From assembly GCA_040954595.2 (NCBI GenBank), contig CM082582.2, positions 13,614,327 to 13,678,326 of the forward strand: a stretch of 64,000 nucleotides of DNA, given 5' to 3'. The first letter of the stretch is position 1. Each line of letters opens with the position of its first letter. Positions 52,044 to 64,000 of the stretch are shown piece by piece. This DNA is from Balanoglossus misakiensis. Taxonomy: Eukaryota > Animalia > Hemichordata. The position numbers and the translations under genes were made by a program. The notes beneath the pieces were generated by a model. That model made no database searches. It saw only the letters and a list, made by a program, of their open reading frames with translations, and was not told where the DNA came from.

Positions 52044-53193
52044 GGGATAGCTACAGGCATGGTGTACAATCACAGAGATGAATATGTAGATATATCATAA
52101 AGCTTGAAACAGCAGTACGTATGATCATCAGATTTTCCTGGTTTTATCGGAAAATAGGAACACTACAGGGAAAATACCATCTTTCCTATCTTGTCCATTT
52201 CGACAATAACTGTAGGCCTGTTTCTTTGGTATCCACACGGTATGAGAGACTGGTTGGTGTTAGATTTTTGAATTGTACATGCAAGTTAGAATTAGGGTAA
52301 GCTAACCTCTAATACAACAGCACCTACGTGACCTGAAAATGTGTTTTACTGGGCCCATAAACTTTGTAATGATCACCAAGAAATGTTTAATGTCTGTAAT
52401 CATTTTGAATTACCCTGGTATGTCCTCTTTAATCACAACATGAACCTTGAGAAAGTGTAAAGTTTGCATACATTGCACAGCTGAGAATGAGAAAACCTGT
52501 GTGTTAGAAGAGTAAAATGTGATAGCCAGTTCTTGGGCAGACTGAAACTCTAATCTGGGCAATAACCTAATACTTTTGTCATGAATTGTACATTTGAATT
52601 TAAACCAATAATATTAATTTATCAATAAATATTTATGTGTGATGGGGATTTGTGGAATTACCACATTTGTGTTCAGAATGTCTGAAGTTGTTTCATCATT
52701 GTCTGAGGGTTTAAATATTGTTAATGCAAGAGCTTGCCATAAACTAGCTCTTTACCTTCGTGATAATTGTCTGGACAATAATTGGTCTGGGTTCAATTTA
52801 TCTGTCTGCCAGCATAACAGTAAGGACAGTGATAATCCAAGTTTTTACTCATGTCTCAAGTGCCTTCCACCTAAAAATAATCACTATAAAAACTGTAAGT
52901 CTCTTTGGGTGCACCGACTGTGAGACGTAATGCCAGGCTATGTTTAAATCATGATAGTCATTTCTTGACTAACAAGAGGTAATATTTCTTAGCCTACTAA
53001 TTCATGATACACTATAAATACACAAGCATGTGTTACAACTATCCCACAATGCACTACTGTGACAAGAGTACAAAAATACATGAACAAGTGGAAAACTTAG
53101 TGTGTGCGAGGTTGTTTTTAATAGTGCAACAATTCTCGTCATTTTTTTTACAGATTTTTTTTATAAGGTGAGTGTGCTGGATCATACACCACA

Positions 53194-56100
53194 ATGAGTC
53201 AAGATTTGCCTAGGTCACAAAAAGGAATTGAGAAATCCCTGGGGAATGAGAGTGGATGGTCTGCTTTTGGAACCCCAGTGGCAGCATCCACTTTGGCAAG
53301 ACCAAGACAGCCCATGGACAGGTGAGAAAATATTTGGCTGTTTCTTAATTGCAAGATAAACATTTTACATTGTCCGACCATTTACATGTTCTTGGTTTAT
53401 CCCCAATTCATCAGCAAGTATAATTTGAACCAAGCCAGTGGTTGTGTTTCATTGATCATCAAAAGCTACTACTGATATGTTAGTGAATGGCTAACAGAAT
53501 CACATTCAGTCAACGTATAGAAATTGTGACGAAGTACGGTTGTCATTTTCAACATAACTCGACACAGTGGTCAGTGGCTGAAGGGGATATTGATTTAGAG
53601 AGGTCATTAATCTTTGATAAGGGTCACTCACTGTGAGAGGGAAGGAGGGGTCACCAGATTTTGAGAGGGGTCAATAATCATGCTTTCTTCTCTATCCATC
53701 CATTGACTAGGATTCCTATAATTACAACGGAACATGAACCGTTTGGTTCATTTCTGGACCAGGCTTCAAAGTATGTAGTGAAAGTGTAGCCTTATGTGTT
53801 TATGTAAATGAACTGTTGGACAAATGTCCTTTTTGTTAAAATATAACTGTTGTAATATCCATATTTAGCATTCTTTACTAATTTTTTTGTTCTCAGTGTA
53901 ATTATTATGTCAGTTGTTGTAAATAATGTTCAGTAAGTATTTATGTCAAGATTGTACTGTAATTAGTTTGTCTGGTGTCGTATTTCTATGTTCATGTTCA
54001 CTTGTATAATTCTTTGTTGCATGATTGTCAAGTCTCTGACAAGCCTCCGTTCCTGTCCAATAAAATGCACTGTAACATCAGACTTTTTATTTGAGACACA
54101 ACACCTAGAACTCTTTAAGTTTCTTTCTTAGGAAATAGTTTTCTGTTGATTGAGTTGTTATGAATAAGGTTAAAAAAACAGGATAGCTACATGAACTGCC
54201 CTTCCAAATGTCCCTGAACAACAGGCTTGTTTCATTTCCCTGTCAGTGTGTATATCTGGTTTCATAATTAAGTACTGTCCCATAAATTATGGATTTGGAG
54301 TCTGTTGTATGATTGCATGTTTCCTTCCTCCTGCTTCCTTGCATGTGAAACAGATTTCATTGTTGAACAGTGGATTAGCACAGCACAGAAGTGGAAGTAC
54401 TTGAAAAATTAATCCTGTTAACAAAATATTTTATCACTGAAATGATCAACTGCTGAGAGACTTAAATGTTGCATGATCAAATATTGAATTTTAAGTTCAT
54501 TCATCATATGAAGCCTTTCGGCATTTCAAAAGTTTATTGAATTTTCTTCTAATTATCCACAGCGAAAACATGGAAAGTGGAAATGTATCCGGAATGCCAC
54601 TTCTGCAGAATATAGACTTGTCTGGAATATCACTGTCATCAGACGAACACACTGGAATGAAGGAACCAGTTACAAGAGATAGAGACAGTTATTTGACAGA
54701 AACGTCATCCTTAGGTTTGATACCAGATGATGTCATGGAAGGTAAGCAGATATTTCCCTTTCAGATACTACATGGAATCTAATAGTCTCAGTCTGTAGTC
54801 AGGTTTTGATTAGAGGTTCAGTAACCTGCTGTAGTCCAACTCTGTCAGTTTTAATATTATCAAAATTTGTTGCTCTTATTACTGTAAATTATTAGTTCAA
54901 TATTTACAGAGTTGAAGGAAATTCTCATTTGTTTAATAAGACCTATCACACCAGTTCATCTGCTACTCAACCGATGTTTTTTCCAGACGTTACTTTATGA
55001 GATATTTGTAATAATTCATGCCAGATGATACATACATGTATCAGCCAGAGGTCATGACCCTCCACATGAAACACTGTGACCTCTGATGCACATGTTCTAT
55101 TTTCAGGTCTGTCTGTTGGATTACTGCAAGTCGAAGAGGCCAAGGATGAGGACAACATCAGTGAGAGGACCATCACTCCAGTGGCTTGGCATTGTCATTT
55201 CCCAATGATGTCGTCCGGAGAAGTTATCGTCCCGGAAAGCAGCCCTGAGGAAAAATCATTTAGAAAGGAGTTCAGAGAGAGTTTAGAGGACAACCTCGGT
55301 GGGTTTTGTTTTGTTTTGTTTTGCATCGTGCAGTCTACTCCAACAACTGTCAGTGCCCCTACTTACATGTACCATATCTATCCATGTAATGTTGAAATTA
55401 TAGATCTGACTTCTGGGAAAATTATGTTTGTGATTATAGGAAACTATATATAAGCTTGTGCTGTGGTGGTTTAACTTTGTAGAGTTTCAACTTGAATGGT
55501 AAAATGAAGCATTGTGGATTTGTGTTTTGTTGTCAGGTGTACGAGTAGCTGCCACTGGGGTAGAGTCAGATCACAGTGAGATTGACACTGAAGATGAACT
55601 TGAAGCAGCAAGAAAAGTAAGGGATTATTTTGTTGTTTGTAGAAGCCACTAAATGCATTATTTTGACACCTACATTTAAAGACCCTGTCTTGACCCATGC
55701 ATGCTCTGATGAAGTAACAATGCAATACTGGAATTTAGTATGTACAGTTCAATTTAGCTTCCATCAGTCTCTCAGGGGAATGTACAGTATTATAATTATT
55801 TTATATTCATTTTAACACAATAAAGATGTCCGCCACTGTGGTCTGTCTGTTTCCTAGGAGATTGCACAACAACAAAGAGAACAATATCTGTCAGAAACTG
55901 ACCATGGGAAGATAGAAACAGAAGACAGTCGTCCTGGGTTGGAGGGTGACAGCACGGAAGAAGATGATAATATCAGTAGTTGTGATTCCTTGGAAAGAGA
56001 CATCAGACCGCTGAGTCATCGTCAGTCCGGAGAGGGAGATGTGTCGGCATCTCCGGTTCCGGGTGATGGCGGAGGAGGGGGTGATGGAAGTAGCGGAGGG

Positions 56101-59100
56101 GGTTCCAGTAACAGCAGTGATAATGAGGAGGATGATGATGATGAGGAGGATATGCCAGGGTTAAATGAAAGGCAGGATACAATGGAAGTGCTGAGAAGAC
56201 TGGGATTAGTGGGTGATGGTGGAGATATTCCTTTTCCGTTAGCGCCGGGAATGGACAGCAGTGTAGACTCATCGTCGGTAAGTGAAGCCTTCTGTTTCCG
56301 GTCATGCACACAAACATTAAATTTGTTGACATGACTTTTAGGCTGTGCTATGTGATTTTGATCCACTATGAATATGGCTACTTTCTTTGCAGGCCCCATC
56401 AAGGATGAGACCCACCGGGGGAGATGCTCCTATTCACCAAGTAAGATTTGTCAGTCCTGTTCGTAGCTCAACACAGTCTTCCCAAATGAGACCATCAAGT
56501 GCTTCCAACTATGGCCAGTCAGATCCTGATGCCACTCCTAAGAACACAGATCTCATATTGTCCAAGTTCCTCAAACCATCAAGTAGATCTTACAGTAATG
56601 AGACAACGGATGAAGTTGTGGCACCCCCGTGGTCTCCAGATGCAAGCAGCTTCCATATGTCAGATATTTTTGGATTGGGAGAGGGACAGGAATCGGAAAT
56701 GGATAATACTCTGACGGCAGCATCAGACATGGATGGTGTCATGGCGATGGATGGTGATATCAGAAGGGGTGAAGGAGATGAAAATAAGGTATCCATGGTG
56801 ATCTGCCTCTCTGACTGCTCTCATCTTAATTGAGAAATGTATTTGACAAGCACAGCACCTGGTTCACATACTGGTTGCTTTGTTTCACAGTATTATCCAA
56901 CACGGTTGCCAGACCGATAATGACCGATAATTGTACATGATTAACTGGTGTAAGATGGCCCACTGGTTGACCAAATACCATTTTATTTTCAGGGTGAAAC
57001 TAATCCTTTCACTGGCAGATCATCCCTGGGTAGTTTTGGTCTTGGCTCTGGTGATTTCACTCACAGCCACAACATTTCATTTGGTGATGATGACTTCTCT
57101 CAGTTGGAGCCTGCTTCGAGCCAACACAGCAGTCTGAGTCGTGATTCCAAAAGTTCATCTCACAGGAACAGACAAGGAGAGAGAGCAGAGGTGCAAGGTG
57201 CTGAAAGTGGCGAAGAAGGTATGGAGATCTATCTATCATCTGGTTCCCTTGCCTTCTCTCATTGGGGTCAAATGAACAGCATACATCAGCTGAAAGCCTA
57301 TCATTGGAAATGTATAATGAATTTGCATTGCTTTCAGTATTGGTAATCATCTTGAATTTGTTCCATGTGACAGTTTCAGCTCAGTAATATGGTACATTTG
57401 TAATATTTGGATATGTGCCTATGTGTACCTTTCATTTTAGATTTTGACAGTGCAATAGTTGCTAATCAACCACGGAAGGCACCAGCTGGAGACGATAATG
57501 GTTCTGCCTCCTATATCATAGACAATGGAGAGGTACTGACTGAGCTAGCATTCCAGTCATCACTTCAAGCCAGTAAGTATTCCAAGTGACTACATAAAGC
57601 AGCAATGAATGTGTGTGTGTGTAACTCAGTATTTGGGGTCATTCTGTTAACTTTGAACTTTCACCTCTCCAGATGATACAGCTGAACTGGGTGGATTTGA
57701 TGACTTTGGTATCCATAGTGATGAAGAGTTCATTTCAGCAGGTAAGAGGAATCAACGTGGTTGTAACATACATTAAATAAATATCACTGATGTTGTTCCA
57801 AACTCTGTTAAACTACCCTTTTTTCAAAGAGGACCTTTTGATCAACGATGACTGTCTCATTTCAGATCAAGCTGTCAACAAGCTGGATGAAGATGAGGAA
57901 AAATTTGCCAAGGAAAATGTGTTTATTCAGGTAAATAAATGTTAAAACCGGACAAGTCAGGTTAAATTTGAATGCAAGTTCAGTGTTGTGTTTTACTTTA
58001 TCAAAGTCATATTCCAGTACAAGTTGCAAAAGTGATGATGTTGTGTAATTTGATTGGCTAGGATGCGATGGTGTCACCTGTGAAACCAGGTGTCAGTGAT
58101 GGCACCACATTGGAGGATGCATGGGGTCTACACGATGGTGCCTTGTTGAAGTTTGAAAACATCACAGGACAGGAAGACTTCTGTAGGATTAGTATTGGTG
58201 GATTTCTTGGTGCGAGATCAGAAGTTCTGGGATCTCTCTCACAGACAGATCCCTCACATCGGGTAAGTCATGGTTATTTATTTCTCTGTCCTCAGTAAAG
58301 CTCCTTGGGATCAATCACCCACAGAGACAGTTAATCCCTTCATGCATTGTGAATTGCAAAAGTAATGCAATTTGACAAGTCATGGCTTGTCTGTGAAGAC
58401 TTCCTGTTATTGTAATGTTAGGCATAACTGTAATGTCACATGGATGTCAAGAATGTAATTCATTCTCCATTTCTTCTCACAGCCAAATTTTGGAGATGGC
58501 ACAATAGTAACACCACCTAATAACAATGGACCCATTTCCCTGATCAGCGACACATACAGTCACATGGATGTCAGAGATTTGGACGGAAGTTACACAGAGA
58601 GGATGTCTGGGGTTGGAGAACAGGAACAAGGTGAGACAGTCTGTGGATAATGCTTTCTTCATCTTTACCTGCACCTGCATGTGGACTAAAAACAATCATA
58701 TTTCTCTTTTCATTATATGTTGTTTTGGTTTTCTGTTGGCAGAAGAATCACAGGCAAAACCAGAGATTGGAAAGTCACTCCACGTGCAACAACCAAGTGA
58801 TGTGAGAACCTCGCCTGCTGGAGATGTAAAGCGTGATGCACTCAAAGGGAAAATACAACAGCTGGAGAAATCAGCAGCAGAAGCAGACACCTCTGTGAGC
58901 ATAAGCACCATTGCTTCTGCCATCGCCCAAGCAGCTGCCAGTGGCACGCCGGAAGAATTGTCTGAACTTATCAAACATTTGTCGCAGAAAAGAATCCACA
59001 AGAATGTGCCTTTGGAGAAAGATGTTGATGCGCGAGGACCGGGAAAAAGTGTGGAGACCAACTCTAAACCCAGTGTGCTTAGCGATGGAACAGACTCTGA

Positions 59101-62100
59101 CAGTCAAAAATCACATGATCAGGCCCAGCCAATCATAAGGGGACAGAGGTCACATGACAGGTTGTTTAAACCAATCAATGGTGACTCAACCTTTGTAAAA
59201 GACACCACGAGAAAACCAACCTCTAATGCACAAATGAAAAAGGATTTCAAGTCTCAAGAGCCGTATCAGAAGAGGGAAAGTCAGGATAGTGATCTCAGAA
59301 ATCTGGCGTCTCATTCAAGGCAGAAGTATAGTCCAAAGAAACTATCAGGTTCTCTGCAGACTCTGAATAAAAGTGGACAGAGAAGTGGTCACTCGTCTTC
59401 CCCAACAAACATTCCAAGCGAGGAGATGCTGATGAACAGGAGTCAGTCTCTTCCAGAATTAATGGATCCGCAGGAATTCAAGAGAAGAGGGTTTGGATCA
59501 CCTTCACACCGTCTCAACACCGGCAGAGACAGCATGGAAGCTGCCAAGAAAGAACAACTACAGAAATACTTAAATGATAGTGACCCAAGTCGAATACCAG
59601 TGACTGAAAATGAGTCTAGGTTCCCTGACTTTGAAGAGAAAGTACGAAGTGGTTACAGAGGTGATGGCAAAGTCAGTAAGGGCGCGCCCTCTAGAGTCAA
59701 CAAAAGTGCCCCCTCCAGAGAGGAATCCTATAGCAGAGCACAGCCACACAGATATAAACCTAGTCAACCAGATGATGTTGGTCCTGCCAAATCCATCCCA
59801 CTGTTACAGACTCAGAAGGATTCAAGCTACAACCAGACCTGTGGAGCTACCAAGTCAAGAATGAATGGGAACACGTCTGAAGTCATGAACAGGGATGTGG
59901 ATGCTGATCGTTCGACCAGAAATGAGATGAAAAAGAGAAGAAGCAGTCCATCTCCAGTGACTTGTAATTTGCCAGATGATGAAAAACGCAAAAGCCCGGG
60001 AAAATTCAGGCCCAGTAGCAGCACTGTTACAAAGTCACAATTACGTATGGATCCCATCTCACTTAGTAAGTCTCCAGGTAGAACTAGTGTTGGAAAATCC
60101 CCAACAGTTTCTCCAAGAAGATTGAGTGGAGGAAAATCACCAGTAACCAGATCATCAGTAGGAGCAGGCTCTAAGAAATCACCAGCAAGATCACCAGGTC
60201 GTAGCAGTGGTTACTCTTCCATACTTGAACAGAAAGCAGCCATTGCCCAGACTCTAAGCACACCCATTGATGATGCAGACAGTCCTAAAAGATTATCTTT
60301 CATTGGTAAAGGAAACACACCAGAGTTTAATGAGCAGAGTGTTTTGGACTCTAGTACTCCCAAAAGACAGTTATTCAGTGACAAAACCCAGGAAGGATCA
60401 AAAGTTGCTGTAGCAGATGGAACTGTGACTGTTAAGCAAACAAGAGATCCTCAGAAAGCAGTAGATATCAGTCAGGTACCTGTTGTGTCAAGTTTCAAAT
60501 TGTTTGACAAAAAGGTATCGTCCCCAGAGACCAGTGGTAATCTTCCAACCCTTCTAACCAGTCAGACACTGATGAACACTACAATGGCCAATGAGTACCT
60601 GAACAGTCGACCCACCGTAACCAGTGTCACACACTCATCTGTCTCATCAGTGCCATCCAGTGTACCACTGACCATCCCACCGACATCAGTTGCCACCTCG
60701 CCACTCAACATCCAGTCTGGTAACCTAGCTGCTGCTGCCAACTTTCCCAGCTACATTCCCTCCTGGCCACAGTCAGTGTACCAACCAGTGTCAGCCACCA
60801 TGGCCAGTCACAATGCAACTGCATCCAGTGCTCTTGGTACAAATACAACTTTGTCCACAGTTTATAGTGGCTATGGGGGTCCACGCATTGCCAATGCGGT
60901 TCCCCCTCCAGCACGACCCATGAATGACATTGCTGTTGGTGTAGTCATTCCGGGAGAGCTGAGATATGTTGGAGTATGTTGTGTAGGGATAGCCGCCCAG
61001 ACCACTCTGCCCATACACAACACCATTGATAGATGGGTCAAGTGTACCATGGATGTTGTAACAGTTTTAGCAAACGGTGCTCAGGTAGGCAAAATAATTT
61101 ATAATAATCTGCATATAGTCAAACACACCATTATTATTTCTCAGGCCAATGAAACTTCTGTTAATCCCACTGATCTGAAGCTCATTCTTGTGCCAAGTCT
61201 GTGGTATTAACAACATTATTGCCATTTATATAATAATTCTTGTCGATGCTATTAGATCGATTTGGATGACTACTGTCCATTTATCGTGAAGAACTCAGCA
61301 ATTATTCCACCGGGTAAGACAGAAGACACCAGTATCTTGTTTGCACCGCGTCATCCAGGAATCTTCGTTGCTCAGCTGCAAATAATCAGTAGTCCCATCA
61401 TCAATACAGCCATGCCACAAACACATGACAATGTCAGTATTGTCACCATACATGCAATTGCAGAGAAGCCTAATATACAGGTAATTATGACTCGCCTACT
61501 GCAGCTGTTGGGATTTTAAACCTACTGTACGTTTCTGTAATTGCACAGTATGGAGATTTCCAATATGGCTGACACGTGCCTACGCAACATGACTGAAGCA
61601 TTCTATTTTTGCACCATTTTGTAGCAACGTTCCTCACTTGACAACATAGAACATTCTACAGTTTAAATACAATGGCAACATTCTTTTCTTTCTTCATCAG
61701 GTGGAAGCAGATGACAACCAGACATTGGACTTTGGTGACGTCGTCCATGGTGGAAGCAGATCCAAAGCTTTGAAACTCTACAACAAAGGCAGATCTACTG
61801 TACCTGTCAGATTAATCATATCAGCTGTAAGTGCATGGTCACCAAGATAAGAGCTGTGTTGAATTTATTGGCCGCAAATTATCTTCTAGTCTTTTCTATT
61901 TGTTGTGTCATTCATTGTTTGTAATTGTTTTACCGTCTTGTTCACAACACAGAGCTCTGTGGCCTGGCACTGTTTTTCATTCGGAACAGTTGACAACAGA
62001 ATTGAGAGCACTTCACCAAGCAGTAAAAAACTGACTCCAAGAGGGTCTTCCATTCTCAGTCTCACTCTACCAGGAAAAGCTGACAACAGGGGAGAAATTG

Positions 62101-64000
62101 AACCAATGTTGGTATGGATTGATTTCAAGGCACCTCAGAGAAACCTAGACCATGGTAAGATTTGCAGAATTCATCAGATCGGTTGCATTGCTTTTTAAGC
62201 TGCCATGACATTCTTTTGTGTACAAACAACCAAGAATTGTGCCCTCTTTGGTGGAACTCGAGTTGTTTCAAGTCTTCTGTTTTTGTGTGTATTTTACAGT
62301 GACGGTATTAGGTAGTGCTGAGACAATCTCTTCAAGAATTGATGTGGAGTTAGACACACCAAATGCATCCAGCAACATTGCTAGTCGAGTGTTGCAATCA
62401 ACTGTGGGCTGTGCAAGGTTGCATATACCGAAGGAATTGTTGAATAAGGTAAATATCTATTCCGTTCTCTTGAGGTACTTCTTTACAGTATGGTGCAAAA
62501 TGATGTAAGGTACATGTCATACAACAGATGATTTTCATGACAATAAATATTAACTATTTCAGCCCCTGTTGTTATCGGCACCAGTCGGCAAAACAGCTAC
62601 TCAGTTTCTGCCTGTCAAGAATGCTGGAAATCTGATTTTGACTGTGGAACTCAAAGTGACCAAAGCACAGGAATTCTACAGCGTAATTCCGTTATCCATG
62701 ACACTCAAACCGAACGAAATGACGGATATTGTTGTGAAATTTACACCAGTAGATGCACCTGTAACCATTGACAGGTAATCTTAAACATTTATTGGATGCT
62801 ATTGTACTAAACTTTTTAGTCTATTTGCAGTGAAAACCCCTCTCTCTTATGTGTTTGCCAAAAGGTTTGCCTAATTTGCAAAGTCTTTGCATATTCTGCC
62901 GTATAGTGTACTCAACTTTACCTTCTGCTGTGGGTCTCTCAACTGAGTCCTTCCGCAAACATTTTCTCCATATTTTACAGTATGTTGTTAATGACAATTC
63001 AGCCAGATGGTCCAGAGTATGAAGTACAGTTGAAAGGTGAAGGGTCAACCCCAGGTCAGCCGACTACACACAGGGGTGTTCATGCTCTCGAGTTAGAACA
63101 GCCTGAAAAGAAAAATACTTTGTTGTGTAATAAACAGTTTGTTGCCTGGGGAGGAGTACCTGTTGGAAGAGCTTTGTAAGTAGAACTTAGTAGTTTTATG
63201 ACATGGAAGTTTGTGGAACATTGGACATAAAATAGCATGATAAACATTGCTGCATTGAAATTCAGATGAAAAGAGTACCTTAGGTAACTCATTCAAAATG
63301 ATATCTTAGTCTTTAGGTTTTGTTTCATACACAGACAACAAAGAGTCGTTCTAAGAAATGACTCACGAACTGACATGTTCAAGTTAAAAGTCTCAATCAA
63401 GGCCGAACATAGCGACTTCCAGGTAAGATTGCTGACACGTTGTTTTGGTAGAAAGAACTGATAATTGGAAAGTTTGTCAGGTTTGTTGGCTGAATTAGCC
63501 AGAAGGCACTAAAAAAATACTAAAATCAGCGGTTTTCACATACAGAGCTACATTTTTATCTTCTTCACAGCTTCAGAGTTCCTTTGGAGGGGAAGAAAAC
63601 TTGGCTGACAACAGAGAAGTCATTCTGAAACCTCTGGAAGATTTCCCAGTACACATCTTATTTGCACCCACAAGTGTGACGTGTAGACAAGCCAAGCTGA
63701 TAATGAGACCCAAGAATGGTGGTATGAAATATGTGGTGAGTGGAGGACGATATCACCTCTGGTTCTTATTTTGATGATGGTATAAGGAGCATGTTTAACT
63801 CTTCTTTGAAACACCCCCTCCCCAAGGAGCATCGTTCTGTGCCAAATTTGACTGATTTTACTTTTTCCAGATCCCACTGACTGGCTATGGTGGCATCAGT
63901 AACTTGATTATTCAGGAGTTAGACACCATGGGCAGCACATATGTATCTAACCTGGGAACACTCAGCGAAGGGGAACATAAGGTCACTCAGGTCAAAGTTC
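53194..64000 (+). CDS. CEP192: Centrosomal protein 192 (Spd-2 family), 5' part; 23 coding exons in the window, continues past its end
   Basis: In-frame exons 53194-53321, 53711-53770, 54563-54741, 55107-55298, 55537-55616, 55858-56277, 56393-56788, 56993-57218, 57441-57572, 57673-57741, 57866-57930, 58062-58262, 58483-58630, 58743-61084, 61256-61480, 61701-61826, 61953-62154, 62300-62448, 62563-62774, 62981-63175, 63335-63422, 63571-63735, 63871->64000. Motifs PVAASTLAR and ISTIASAIAQA (PLK1-docking segments), VCCVGIAAQTTLPIHN, LDFGD, AWGGV and IPLTGYGG (ASH/PapD-like domains). Confidence 0.9.

Noticed and set aside
58568-58742. N-terminal part of the 880-aa ORF as a separate gene start
   Set aside because: It is an out-of-frame piece of the previous exon plus intron 58631-58742; the true exon starts at 58743 and ends at donor 61084.

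Overview
Eukaryotic DNA from an intron-rich, AT-rich invertebrate bilaterian (a marine deuterostome or spiralian is my guess; the taxon cannot be fixed from this window). Layout: (1) an intronless lin-41/TRIM71 CDS (+, 4253-6583) with a long regulatory 3'UTR; (2) about 29 kb (roughly 7-36 kb) with no recognisable protein gene, but with RFX X-box-like motifs, promoter-like CpG-richer islands, possible minus-strand exons and tiny foldback insertions; (3) a compact cluster reconstructed exon by exon by hand: a stand-alone Schlafen/AlbA_2-domain gene (+), POLR2C/RPB3 (-), RPRD1A/B (+), PIP4P1/2 (TMEM55, +) and CEP192 (+, runs off the window). The most striking signal is post-transcriptional. The first ~110 nt of the TRIM71 3'UTR hold seed matches for all three members of the ancient miR-100/let-7/miR-125 cluster, arranged as two abutting pairs. 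Further along are a 16-copy YGCY (MBNL-type) array with twin YRY tri-loop hairpins, and a second let-7 site pair next to a let-7-like sequence that could mask either site in cis. No tRNA, rRNA, miRNA gene, CRISPR array or autonomous transposon was recognised. Gene models rest on visual GT/AG and frame checks plus recalled protein motifs, not on database searches.
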